Part shown: in pieces, positions 36,868 to 45,914 of the stretch
Layout of the letters: each line of letters begins with the position of its first letter
Numbering within the stretch: the stretch's first letter is position 1
The notes under the pieces: model-generated
What the model saw: the letters and a program-made list of their open reading frames with translations, nothing else
Database searches by the model: none
What the model was told of the DNA's origin: nothing
DNA from: a virus
Taxonomy: Duplodnaviria; Caudoviricetes
Reading direction: 5' to 3' (one strand)
Virus record (IMG/VR): IMGVR_UViG_2974528942_000001
Span: 1-64,000 of that record
Length of the DNA stretch: 64,000 bases
Translations under genes and position numbers: made by a program

Positions 36868-38806
36868 GTACGCGGTAACAGCTGCAGTCCGGGACGTCAT
36901 CAAGACCATAGCGCGGAACGAGATTCAGAAGGCTCGTCCGGCCAGTCGGTTGGCGGCTGTTCAGTCGATTGACCCTGTCGATCGCTCTGCGCAGGTGATC
37001 TTCGTTGGCGAGACCCAGCCCGTTCGTGTGCCCTACACCAGCAAGGCCCCCGCATTCACTGGGCAGTTCGTGCGAATCGGTGGCACGACTCACGATCGCT
37101 ACATTGAAGATGTCATTGGTCAGGACTTCACATCACTGGAGTTGGAGAAGACCAAGGAGTCCGTCGGTAAGCTGATGGAGGCTGCCTATGGCGAGGGGTG
37201 GTTCGAGGCCGACCCCGAAGAACTCGGCATCACCATCGGCGAGTACCTGACATCGCTTGACAATCAGGGTGCTGTCGATGCGCTGGCGCAGACGGTCCAA
37301 GAAGTCGAGACCACAGCCAACAACGCCAACACTGCGGCCAACAACGCCAACACCACAGCAGGGCAGGCGCAGTCCACTGCCGACGCGGCGCAGCAGACAG
37401 CCAATGACGCGAACGCTGCGGTCGGCGGCGCGGTCTCGGCCGCCGAGGATGCTGAGGAGAAGGCCAACCTCGTTGAGCAGATCACAGCACAGATCACCAA
37501 TAACATCAACGCTCTTGGTCAGGGCGTTGCCGATGGTGTGTCGGGTGTTGCTGAGATCTTCGAAACCATCGGTCACATCTTTGGCACAGCCAGCGAGGCG
37601 CAGGAGCGTGCGCTCGCTGCCACCACTGCACTGCGTGACCTGATCAATCAGAACGAGGCCGGGGCGGCGGGCGGCAAGAGTGGTGGCGACAACTTCGAGC
37701 GCGTAGACAGTGCTGACCTAGGTCCGAACTGGGTACACGAAGTCACTGGCTCGAGCTACTGGGCAGTCAACGGTGGCAAAGCTGTCATGGGCTTTGGGTC
37801 GGGTAGCTCGTTGGCGCACGAGCGCTGGAACGGGGCCGACAAGCCGGTCGGAGATTATCACCAGGCCACGCTTGTCTTTGGTAGTGGATACGACGCCTTC
37901 GGTAGCCCACTCATCTATCTCTACATCAGGTGGGATGGGCTGTACACTGGATCGGGTACGAACCGAATCCCGCTCAACTGCTGGGCTGTACGGATCGCTC
38001 GCAGTGGTGAGCTCACCCTGCTACGCATTGTCAACGGAGCGATGACAGAAGTCAACTCCATTGATTCTGGTCCGAACATTGGTTCTGGTACGGTCGTGTC
38101 GATCCGGTGCGGGTCTTTGGCAGATGAGCGGCAGATCATCGTCACCCGAGATGGCGAAGCAATCATCTCGCACACCGACACTGCCAATCTTTCGCAGATG
38201 GGTCCGGGCTTCCGCGAGATGGGATTCGCCGGATACGTCGATGACTGGTTCGGCATTCGCAGGCCACCCGCCAATATCGCCTCCTTCTCCTGGTCGGACA
38301 TTCCGGGAGGTGGGGCAATACTTGGTAAAGGCTTCAGGTTCAGTCGAACCAATACCGCAAACCTAACTCAAGTTGCTAACGCACAGCTCCCTACCACAAC
38401 CTTTCAAGCTCTTGTCTATAGCGAGTCTTGTAAACCTATTGCAGGTTCCACCCTTAATGCAGCTCGTGGGGAGTTCGCCATACCGTTCGAAGGTTGGTGG
38501 GACTTCGAGTTTGGCTTTTACGGCTATACGGTGAGCCTTTCGTCTGGTGCATCTACAGTGCTAGAGCCTGTTCTGTACAATGGACAAGGTGCACTGTCTA
38601 CCACAATCCCCCTGCGCATGTCAAAGATCACCAATGCGGGAAGTACTGCGGGACGAACTCAGATACAAGAAGTTGCCAAGTTCAGGAAGTACTGCCTAGT
38701 CGGCGAGCGCGTTGCTCCGGGCTGGGCTGCCACACGTCTTGATTATATGACTGCAGATGCTGCGGGAAATACTTGCTATTTCAACGGAGTACTGCTCACA
38801 CCATAG
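36842..38806 (+). CDS. Minor tail protein (fibre/spike, candidate receptor-binding)
   Basis: Ala/Asn/Thr-rich coiled coil then beta-rich domains; divergent codon use at the C-terminus. Confidence 0.7.
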   Translation: MMSQRQLSEYAVTAAVRDVIKTIARNEIQKARPASRLAAVQSIDPVDRSAQVIFVGETQPVRVPYTSKAPAFTGQFVRIGGTTHDRYIEDVIGQDFTSLELEKTKESVGKLMEAAYGEGWFEADPEELGITIGEYLTSLDNQGAVDALAQTVQEVETTANNANTAANNANTTAGQAQSTADAAQQTANDANAAVGGAVSAAEDAEEKANLVEQITAQITNNINALGQGVADGVSGVAEIFETIGHIFGTASEAQERALAATTALRDLINQNEAGAAGGKSGGDNFERVDSADLGPNWVHEVTGSSYWAVNGGKAVMGFGSGSSLAHERWNGADKPVGDYHQATLVFGSGYDAFGSPLIYLYIRWDGLYTGSGTNRIPLNCWAVRIARSGELTLLRIVNGAMTEVNSIDSGPNIGSGTVVSIRCGSLADERQIIVTRDGEAIISHTDTANLSQMGPGFREMGFAGYVDDWFGIRRPPANIASFSWSDIPGGGAILGKGFRFSRTNTANLTQVANAQLPTTTFQALVYSESCKPIAGSTLNAARGEFAIPFEGWWDFEFGFYGYTVSLSSGASTVLEPVLYNGQGALSTTIPLRMSKITNAGSTAGRTQIQEVAKFRKYCLVGERVAPGWAATRLDYMTADAAGNTCYFNGVLLTP

Positions 38807-38815
38807 GAGGCACAT

Positions 38816-39034
38816 ATGGAACAGAAGACCGTACAGTTCGACGAGTTGCCGGGCGTATTCACCCGGCTGACACGCGGAGGTGATGATCAGTTCGGGCCGA
38901 ACTGGATCACCTACGAGTGCTTCGACTCGAACATGAATCCGATCCCCGGGACAAGGGGCGGATTCAGGGGGCCGGGCGTGCCGGTGCCTGAGTCTGAATC
39001 TGAGGAAACCGAGGACCAGCCCGCTCAACCATAG
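38816..39034 (+). CDS. Hypothetical protein
   Basis: SD AGGAGG; 72 aa. Confidence 0.7.
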   Translation: MEQKTVQFDELPGVFTRLTRGGDDQFGPNWITYECFDSNMNPIPGTRGGFRGPGVPVPESESEETEDQPAQP

Positions 39035-39042
39035 TCCTATGC

Positions 39043-39071
39043 TTGACGAAGGACTAAGCACGAGCTAGCAT
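39043..39071 (+). promoter_or_regulatory. SigA-type promoter for the lysis cassette
   Basis: TTGACG-17 bp-TAGCAT upstream of holin; -35 flanked by TAGTCCT/AGGACTA inverted repeat. Confidence 0.6.
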
Positions 39072-39097
39072 GGCACCATCTCAATAGGAGGCAACCA

Positions 39098-39532
39098 ATG
39101 ACTGTACCCACCCCAGCGGTGCTACCACCCAACGTCTTGAATATCAGGTCGTTCAACGACTTCATCGCAATGCTCTACGCACTGCTCCCGCCGCTGTCGC
39201 TGATCCTCATCAGCTATGGCACCTTCACCCAGGAACACGTCACCCTCTGGATCGGTGCGGCGTCGACGATCCTGCAGCTGATCCTGCAGTTCGCACGCAC
39301 ACAGGACTTCGCGCGACGGGTGATCTACACCATCTTGAATCTCGCGGTCTCCGTACTCGTTGTTCTCAAGGGACTCGATCCCGACTTCCTCGATGTGTGG
39401 ATGCCGTTGCTCGTCCTCATCCTGGGCGCACCACCCGCCGCGTTTGCAGTACAGAACGTCAACACCACCGGAGACAACGTCGTGCCGATCGACCGGGGCG
39501 TTCCGCCCGAAGGCGATCAGCGCGCCGCGTAG
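39098..39532 (+). CDS. Holin
   Basis: Several hydrophobic segments; first gene of the lysis cassette; SD AGGAGG. Confidence 0.65.
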   Translation: MTVPTPAVLPPNVLNIRSFNDFIAMLYALLPPLSLILISYGTFTQEHVTLWIGAASTILQLILQFARTQDFARRVIYTILNLAVSVLVVLKGLDPDFLDVWMPLLVLILGAPPAAFAVQNVNTTGDNVVPIDRGVPPEGDQRAA

Positions 39533-39538
39533 TAAGCC

Positions 39539-39579
39539 CCCGCTGCCCAGGTACTGACCCCCCGGCCCTGGGCAGCGGG
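39539..39579 (+). other. 13-bp perfect stem-loop
   Basis: CCCGCTGCCCAGG / CCTGGGCAGCGGG, loop TACTGACCCCCCGGC. Confidence 0.6.
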
Positions 39580-39597
39580 ACCCCTCAGGAGGCACCA

Positions 39598-39927
39598 ATG
39601 ACCATCGGTTACCACAGGAACAACTATCGAGCCGACGCGCTCGAGTCGACCATCGAGCATGTGAAGTGTCACATCGCTTCGATCGCCGATCCTGATGACG
39701 ACCCCACAACCTTCCACGATCAAGTCAACATCGAGCTGTCACAGAATGAGGATGGCTCGACCAGGGTGTACGGAACGCTCGAGCGTGACCCGGCGTGCGA
39801 CTACTCGCTGCCCGAGGACTACACCCCGCCGCCGGACAGTGAGTACCAGCGCGGCTTCGGCGAGCGTCTCATGAACTCGCCCCAAGAACTTCACGATCAC
39901 CTCATGCAGAAGGAGACCTTCGAATGA
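39598..39927 (+). CDS. Acidic hypothetical protein in lysis cassette
   Basis: ATG 39598 after CAGGAGG; ATGA overlap with amidase. Confidence 0.7.
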   Translation: MTIGYHRNNYRADALESTIEHVKCHIASIADPDDDPTTFHDQVNIELSQNEDGSTRVYGTLERDPACDYSLPEDYTPPPDSEYQRGFGERLMNSPQELHDHLMQKETFE

Positions 39928-40565
39928 GTGTCGCGATCATCGGAGCGATCGCCCGCGAGAACGTCCGGCTCGGTGGCATCAGTCGGTACACGCAGGGCTG
40001 GGAGACGCGCGGCAACGGACAGCGCTCGAACTACGGCGGCATCCTGCTGCACCACACCGCAGGTGGGCGCAACGTCAACATCGACCAGATCTTGATCAAC
40101 GGACGCTGGGACCTCGCCGGCCCGCTGTGCAACTTCTGCATCATGTACGATGGAGACATCGGCGTGATCGCAGCTCATCCGGCGAACCACGCCGGTGCAT
40201 CAGGTGGCTGGGACACCAGCCCCTTCGCTCGCACCGGACTGTTCAACAGTCAGATCATTGGCGTCGAGATTCAATACCCAGGCACCGAGCCCATGGCACA
40301 GGTGCAGTACGAAGCTGCCAAGCGTCTGACCAACGCCACGCTGAATGTGCTGGGCAAGCCTCGCGACTATCGCTGGGCAAAGTTCCATCAGGGCACCAGC
40401 ATCGAGGGCAAGTGGGATCCTGGCTACCACCCCTCCGGCAAGACCTACAGCATCGCACAGTTCCGCAAGGACTGCGCGGGCATGCCAGCAGCGGCGGGCG
40501 AGAACCCCGACTCCCCGACCTGGCAGGACAACAGGTTCCAGCTGCTCGGTTCGAAGGCTGCGTGA
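39924..40565 (+). CDS. Lysin A, N-acetylmuramoyl-L-alanine amidase domain
   Basis: LLHHTAG, ANHAG, GVEI, GKWDPG amidase_2 motifs. Confidence 0.88.
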   Translation: MSVAIIGAIARENVRLGGISRYTQGWETRGNGQRSNYGGILLHHTAGGRNVNIDQILINGRWDLAGPLCNFCIMYDGDIGVIAAHPANHAGASGGWDTSPFARTGLFNSQIIGVEIQYPGTEPMAQVQYEAAKRLTNATLNVLGKPRDYRWAKFHQGTSIEGKWDPGYHPSGKTYSIAQFRKDCAGMPAAAGENPDSPTWQDNRFQLLGSKAA

Positions 40566-41419
40566 TGGTTACTCGATACCACCCCATGAAGAAGGGGTAC
40601 ATCATCACCAGCCCTTTCGGGTGGCGTGACTTCGACAAGGCCGTGCATCAGGGTATCGACTTCGGTCACCCCGACGGCTCGGGTGGTATGCCAGTGTTCG
40701 CCGTCCAGGCGGGTACGGTCATCATGGCTGGTACCGCTCAGGGCTACGGTGGGCCTGATCCGCACGGCTGGCTCGTCATCGACTCGGACGACAGTCAGGG
40801 CTCGGGCGTGTTCGAGTACGGACACATCACCCGACTGCCCTCGATCACGGTCGGCACCAAGGTCAAGGCCGGTCAGCGCATTGCGACGATCAACCCGAAC
40901 CGCTCGACCAACGGTGGCACTGCACCTCACGTGCATATCAGCTACATGCCTTACGAGTACAACCCGAACAAGAAGCAGAACTGGTCCGGCAAGCTTGCCG
41001 GTGCGCTGTACCCGGATGCTCCGGCACCCGCGCCAGCACCGGCACCAACCCCACCGAAGGAGACTCCAGTGGCAGCAGCAGATGACGTGAAGCTTCAGCT
41101 TCGCGGACCCAAGGACAACGGCTGGCCTCAGCTCGCGGCACAGCCCGACGACGATGGCGTGCGCTTCTCCCCGACTCACAACGGGCACCGCGACGCACTG
41201 TCGCTCGTCGACGGACTCGCGGTCGTGATCAAGGAGGTCACCCTCCGACTCCCGCGCGCAACGCGGGGTGTCCGCGACTATCTCTCCCGCAAGGGCGACA
41301 CGGTCGCAGGCAACGCGGCCAACGCAGCGGCCATCGCCTACGAGAACAACGTGATGCTCAAGGCCTTGTGTCGCAAGGAGGGCATCGCGCTCGAGAGCTT
41401 GACCGACCTGGAGCGATAG
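40565..41419 (+). CDS. Lysin A, M23 peptidase domain
   Basis: TGATG coupling; HQGIDFG, YGHI, PHVH motifs; C-terminal QLRGP...GWPQL domain. Confidence 0.88.
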   Translation: MVTRYHPMKKGYIITSPFGWRDFDKAVHQGIDFGHPDGSGGMPVFAVQAGTVIMAGTAQGYGGPDPHGWLVIDSDDSQGSGVFEYGHITRLPSITVGTKVKAGQRIATINPNRSTNGGTAPHVHISYMPYEYNPNKKQNWSGKLAGALYPDAPAPAPAPAPTPPKETPVAAADDVKLQLRGPKDNGWPQLAAQPDDDGVRFSPTHNGHRDALSLVDGLAVVIKEVTLRLPRATRGVRDYLSRKGDTVAGNAANAAAIAYENNVMLKALCRKEGIALESLTDLER

Positions 41420-41421
41420 AC

Positions 41422-41874
41422 ATGAGGTCTCCGCTACAACACAAGCTGCACGCGGACGACATCACCAACAGGGACACTGTTCAAGACCTGACGGGGCTGT
41501 TCGGGATTCTTGCAACAGCTTCGGGGTTGTCCCTGGTCATCCAGGGTGAGGCCATCTGGGCACTCGGTGTCTACGATACCGCCAAGACGCTGCCCCAGTC
41601 ACCCGAGTCGTGGGGACTGATCGCCATTCTTGCTGGCGTTCTCATGTTCGTCGGCATGTACTGGGGCAAGCGAAAGACGATGAAGGCGGGGGCTTGCATC
41701 GCGGGACTGTGGAACTTCTTCTTCGCGTTGAGCTTCTGTGACGAAGCCTACAAAGGCAACATTGCCTGGCAGCCTGTGATCCTCTATCTCATAACAGCAC
41801 TCGTGTATGCGGTGCTGTTCTACACCTACAAGGGGTCCAATGCCGTACAGCGAACTGAGGCACGACAGTCGTAA
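41422..41874 (+). CDS. Membrane protein (about 4 TM), lysis cassette
   Basis: Four hydrophobic stretches; start MRSPLQ. Confidence 0.7.
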   Translation: MRSPLQHKLHADDITNRDTVQDLTGLFGILATASGLSLVIQGEAIWALGVYDTAKTLPQSPESWGLIAILAGVLMFVGMYWGKRKTMKAGACIAGLWNFFFALSFCDEAYKGNIAWQPVILYLITALVYAVLFYTYKGSNAVQRTEARQS

Positions 41875-42316
41875 CCCATTCCAGTGGGCCGTGATCGCGG
41901 GCATCTGGGCTTATAGCATAGTCCAGATTCTCACCGACACATGGCCCGGGCAGATCGAAGAAAATACGAACCAGTTGTTCAGGTGGATGTGGGGAGGCAC
42001 TCTTACCCTGGGCGCTACACTGGCTCTCGTTGGCATGTCGTACTCGATCGTACTGAGCCAGCGCAAGCTAGGCAACAAGACATCTAAGGGCCTCCCACTC
42101 GAGGCCGGCGGATTGTACTGGTTCGGTCTTTGTCTCGGCATCTATGCCGGAACGCTTTACTTGAACGGCAAGGCAAGTGCCATCCTCGCTGCCATCATGT
42201 TCTCCGTGGCGGCGGTGGCGGCAATCATCAGGGGGGTTTGGATACAGAGAGGCTTGCGTCGAGTGGGACGCGGTGAACCAGCATCTGGAAAGACTCCAGT
42301 GCTACCCCGAGAGTAG
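41840..42316 (+). CDS. Membrane protein (about 4 TM), lysis cassette
   Basis: Four hydrophobic stretches; start MPYSEL. Confidence 0.7.
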   Translation: MPYSELRHDSRNPFQWAVIAGIWAYSIVQILTDTWPGQIEENTNQLFRWMWGGTLTLGATLALVGMSYSIVLSQRKLGNKTSKGLPLEAGGLYWFGLCLGIYAGTLYLNGKASAILAAIMFSVAAVAAIIRGVWIQRGLRRVGRGEPASGKTPVLPRE

Positions 42317-42325
42317 GATACCGCC

Positions 42326-42721
42326 GTGGAGTTCAACCTGGAGTTCTGGGTTCAAACTGCTATCACACTTGCGCTTGGCACCGGCGGAGTCAGCGTTTTC
42401 ACTGTATGGAGAGACGGGCGTAAGGCAGAAGCCGAGACCAAAAAGACCAACTCGGAAGCGACCGGCACCGACGCGAACACTGCACTTACCAACCAGCAGT
42501 GGATGAGTGAAGAGATTGGCCGACTGAAGGAGGCGCGCGAGGAGGAGGGGAAGATCTCCCTCACTCGCAAGCGCGCCGGATCGAAGTTGTACCGCTACAT
42601 GGTGAATCATGAGACCTGGGATAACCAGGTGATTGAGGAGCTTGCGAAGGTCGGAGTTACTATCCCCCGACCTCCGCACCTGCAGCTGACGCAGGAAGAG
42701 TTGGACGCCCTAGAAGTTTAA
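42326..42721 (+). CDS. Single-TM coiled-coil protein, lysis cassette
   Basis: N-terminal TM then charged helix. Confidence 0.7.
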   Translation: MEFNLEFWVQTAITLALGTGGVSVFTVWRDGRKAEAETKKTNSEATGTDANTALTNQQWMSEEIGRLKEAREEEGKISLTRKRAGSKLYRYMVNHETWDNQVIEELAKVGVTIPRPPHLQLTQEELDALEV

Positions 42722-42868
42722 CGGCGATCCCTGCTGCGGGCTGGGGAGGGCACTCGTTGATGTCCAGACGTGGTGCTCACCCTCTGGGCACGGGTACCCC
42801 GAGTCCTCCCCACCCCGTAGACAGTCACAGTTCTTGCAGTACTCGATGCGAGGCTGGTTCTTCTTCAC
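42710..42868 (-). CDS. Small Cys-rich protein (52 aa), not in ORF track
   Basis: GTGA overlap with nuclease stop; MKKNQPRIEYCKNCDC...CPEGEHH; overlaps the convergent + gene by 12 bp. Confidence 0.55.
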   Translation of the reverse strand: MKKNQPRIEYCKNCDCLRGGEDSGYPCPEGEHHVWTSTSALPSPQQGSPLNF

Positions 42869-44070
42869 GTGCCCACCTTCTTCTCCTTGATGATTCGAGC
42901 GGTCACCTTTGGCCGCGGTTCACTGACCTTCGTGTTGGTGCATCCCCGCAGTAAAGACTTCTGAATGGAGTCCAGGTCGGACCCCTTCAGCATCTTCTCG
43001 ATGTTGGCCTTGGTGCACTTGCCGCCGATCGAGTTAAAGAGCTCCTCGCCGATGATGCCCTTCACCTGGACGGGGTCGTAGCTAGATCGAGTCTGCGAGA
43101 TCATCTCGACATGGAAGTCTTCCGTATCGTAGCTGATCTCGTCGGTCTCCATTGCGTCCGCGATCATGAGGTTGTCGATCTCTTCGAGCGCGTACTTGAG
43201 CTGCTTCATGCCCGACTCCAGTTCGAGCCGTTTCTGGGCCAGCAGGTTGCGATCTCCTGCTAGATACATGAGCCCGCCACCATCGGCGTTGCGTTGCCAT
43301 GCAGTACAGGTGGCCTTGATGGGGCAGAACATGCACCCCTTGCCGAGCTGTCGCTGCCCCTTGCCGGTGGTAGCGAGTATGCGCTCGGCAGTGTCCTTGA
43401 CGTAGCGCCAGGTGATGACGTTATCGTCCCTGGAGAAGTGAACCTCGACCGGACCGTAGCGGAGCAGGTAGAACTGCACCCAGATTTCATCGGGGTCGAG
43501 GTCTTTGTACTCTGCCTGCGCAGCCATACCGTACATGCGAGCCTGGACTCGCTGCATCAGCTGCTCAGGGGAGATAGGTTCTCGCACGGTCTTGTAATCG
43601 ACCACGCGAATGATGACCTTGCCATCCTCCTTGATCAGATCGACCCGGTCGAAAATGAAGTTCATTCTCTTGGGGCCGTCGGAGGTCTTGATCATCATGT
43701 GCATCTTCTCTTCGACCTGCATGACTTCCACGCTGGGGTCGAGGAGTTCTCCGATTCGATCGTGCCAACGCTGAAGCATGTCCTTGCCGTCGGCGTACAG
43801 CGGATTCGACATCGAAGGCATCTCGCGAAGATGCTTCACGAAGGATACATCAAAGAGTGCGAACAACCTGTCCTCATCGACCTCGTGAGTCTTGTCGATG
43901 AACACCTCTTTGACGTAGAGTTCGAGTGGCTCGTGGACAGCGCTGCCCAGCAGAGCGGGCTTGGATGAGCTACCCACCCTGGGCAAACGCTCGACATACT
44001 CGGCGTGCCAGCCGCGCGGGCACTCCTCAAACTTAGTCAGCGAGGACGCCGAGATGGTCTTCAGTTCCAC
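42865..44070 (-). CDS. Cas4/RecB-like PD-(D/E)XK exonuclease
   Basis: ISASSL...ECP, IFDRVD, VVDYKT, QARMY, CMFCPIKATC. Confidence 0.85.
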   Translation of the reverse strand: MELKTISASSLTKFEECPRGWHAEYVERLPRVGSSSKPALLGSAVHEPLELYVKEVFIDKTHEVDEDRLFALFDVSFVKHLREMPSMSNPLYADGKDMLQRWHDRIGELLDPSVEVMQVEEKMHMMIKTSDGPKRMNFIFDRVDLIKEDGKVIIRVVDYKTVREPISPEQLMQRVQARMYGMAAQAEYKDLDPDEIWVQFYLLRYGPVEVHFSRDDNVITWRYVKDTAERILATTGKGQRQLGKGCMFCPIKATCTAWQRNADGGGLMYLAGDRNLLAQKRLELESGMKQLKYALEEIDNLMIADAMETDEISYDTEDFHVEMISQTRSSYDPVQVKGIIGEELFNSIGGKCTKANIEKMLKGSDLDSIQKSLLRGCTNTKVSEPRPKVTARIIKEKKVGT

Positions 44071-44073
44071 GTG

Positions 44074-44274
44074 TCACTCTCCCTTCTTCCTGCGGTTGGA
44101 TCGCCCGCCCCAGATTCCATCTGTTGAGCCGGTGACCTTCTTGTGATTCCAGCACTGCTCCGTTACCGGACAGGTGGAGCAAACCTTCTTCGCACGTTGT
44201 GCTCGCGCTGTCTGGCCTGGCCCAGGGAAGAATGCATCGGGGTCTGGATAGTCGATGCAGTTCGCCTGGGCCAC
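44074..44274 (-). CDS. whiB: WhiB-family transcription factor
   Basis: C...DAFFP...AKKVCSTCPVTEQC...GIWGG. Confidence 0.92.
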   Translation of the reverse strand: MAQANCIDYPDPDAFFPGPGQTARAQRAKKVCSTCPVTEQCWNHKKVTGSTDGIWGGRSNRRKKGE

Positions 44275-44285
44275 CCAGGAGAGGT

Positions 44286-44738
44286 CTACTCCTCGCTTTC
44301 GGGGAGCCGGGGCGGGGCCGGAGGTGTCACCTTCTCCGCAGATGCAGGCGTCTCCGACACGGTCGGCGCAGGGGAACTCGGGATCGGCTCCGTCTGCAGC
44401 GGCTCGTTCTTCATCTGAGCCACCACCTCCAGCGGGTCTGTCGGCTCCGTCGTCCCGTCCGGCGAGAGTTCGGCAGATTCCGGTACATCTAAAGGGGTCC
44501 GGCCTCCGGCGGACTGGCGCTGCATTTCCGCCTCGAATCCAGTCTTCGCCGGGACGGTGGCTGCCACAACTTCGGCAGCCCTCTGCTCGGCTTCGCGTGC
44601 CGCCTTCGCCTGGGCGGCGAACTCGGACTGGAATGCGGTGGGAACTTCTGGTGCAGCAGGCCCAACAGTCGGGGGGGCGGTCCGAAAGTCAACATCGAGG
44701 TTGTCTTTGATACCACTGATGGGGTGCTTGTGTTCCAT
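44286..44738 (-). CDS. Pro/Ala/Glu-rich hypothetical protein
   Basis: SD AGGAGA; 150 aa. Confidence 0.75.
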   Translation of the reverse strand: MEHKHPISGIKDNLDVDFRTAPPTVGPAAPEVPTAFQSEFAAQAKAAREAEQRAAEVVAATVPAKTGFEAEMQRQSAGGRTPLDVPESAELSPDGTTEPTDPLEVVAQMKNEPLQTEPIPSSPAPTVSETPASAEKVTPPAPPRLPESEE

Positions 44739-44824
44739 TGTGAGTGTTCTCCTAAGGTGGGTAGGGGGATACCGTGGTGCTATCCTAGCATGGGCTTGTC
44801 ACCCGCGCTAGATGGGACTTTCGT

Positions 44825-44938
44825 TTACTCTTTCTTCTCCTTATCCTTGAACTTGCGTACCGAGTCGAGGACTGTGTCCACCACAAAGCACGCACCTGCC
44901 ATGATGATGAGAATCTGAAACACCAGTGACCAGCTCAT
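44825..44938 (-). CDS. Small membrane protein (37 aa), not in ORF track
   Basis: ATGA overlap with MTase stop; MSWSLVFQILIIMAGACFVVD...KKE. Confidence 0.6.
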   Translation of the reverse strand: MSWSLVFQILIIMAGACFVVDTVLDSVRKFKDKEKKE

Positions 44939-45651
44939 TCGTCCCACAGGCTCCCTTCCTGTTCTTCCAACTTCTTCTTTGACTTCTCGAACCGCTCGGG
45001 ATCGAGTTCGATCGCAACGGCGTTCCGCCCCGCGTTGCGCGCGGCCCGGACAAGGCTGCCCGAACCACCAAAGGGGTCGACGATGAACTCGCCGGGTTGC
45101 GTGGAGTGCTTGATCAGGATTTCAAGCAGTCCCTCCGGCTTCTCGTGGGGGTGGATCAGCTTGTTGGGCCGCAGCTGGGGGAAGTGGATCACTCCATTGC
45201 GCCGCTTGGAGTGAATCGGCACCCGACCCTTCTTCAGGAAGATGATGAACTCGTGGCCCTGACCCCAAGAATCGAGATCCCCCATACCTGGTCCGTCTTT
45301 TTCCCAGACAAGGACAGCCTTGCGCTCAAAACCGTGCCGGGCACCCAGCTCATCGAGAGCCGAAAGCCATTCCTTGAGGACTTGATACGCGGTGAAGACA
45401 TAAAGGTCGCAGTCATCTGCCGTCTTAGGCAGGAGCACGTCCATGACTTCGTTGAAGAGCTTGAGGGCAACTTCAGGAGACTCGTCATTCTTGATCTTAG
45501 TGGCATGCTTCTTGCCGGCCTCCGTCTTTGCCATGTTGGACTGATTGTCGACCCCAAAGGGCGGGTCAGTGATGATGCAGTTGACCCGCCCCGGCTTGAA
45601 CTTCTGACACAGTTCGACAGAATCTCCAAGCCACATCTCATGTATCTTCAC
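44935..45651 (-). CDS. DNA amino-methyltransferase (N6-A/N4-C, class beta order)
   Basis: Catalytic DPPF precedes HPHEKP and SAM-binding DPFGGSGS. Confidence 0.9.
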   Translation of the reverse strand: MKIHEMWLGDSVELCQKFKPGRVNCIITDPPFGVDNQSNMAKTEAGKKHATKIKNDESPEVALKLFNEVMDVLLPKTADDCDLYVFTAYQVLKEWLSALDELGARHGFERKAVLVWEKDGPGMGDLDSWGQGHEFIIFLKKGRVPIHSKRRNGVIHFPQLRPNKLIHPHEKPEGLLEILIKHSTQPGEFIVDPFGGSGSLVRAARNAGRNAVAIELDPERFEKSKKKLEEQEGSLWDE

Positions 45652-45905
45652 TTCACCCCGTATTCCTCTTCGTCGTCGAATCCGACCGCTTCAGCCTCGA
45701 CCGAATCGAGCTTGAATCCCCATGCAGTGATCTGATTGACGATCGCCTGCAGTCCGTCGACGTTCTCCATCTCGGTCATGACCTCTTCGGAGCAGACCTC
45801 GGCCAACTCCTCGGGGCTGATCTCCTCGCCAGGCGACAAATCGAGTACTCCGTCGTCGACCTCCACCTTACCGTCCTTCAGGTGGAGTACCAAATGCAGT
45901 TCCAT
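45648..45905 (-). CDS. Acidic hypothetical protein
   Basis: 85 aa, coupled to MTase. Confidence 0.7.
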   Translation of the reverse strand: MELHLVLHLKDGKVEVDDGVLDLSPGEEISPEELAEVCSEEVMTEMENVDGLQAIVNQITAWGFKLDSVEAEAVGFDDEEEYGVK

Positions 45906-45914
45906 GCCATCCTC

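Noticed and set aside
40127-40565. M23 reading frame open 146 codons into the amidase gene, suggesting a frameshift-fused lysin
   Set aside because: The -1 frame is often stop-free in GC3-rich genes; the TGATG coupling explains two separate genes, and I saw no clear slippery heptamer.
42865-44070. Cas4-like nuclease as evidence of a CRISPR system
   Set aside because: No repeat-spacer array or other cas genes seen; solo Cas4/RecB-like nucleases are common phage recombination genes.
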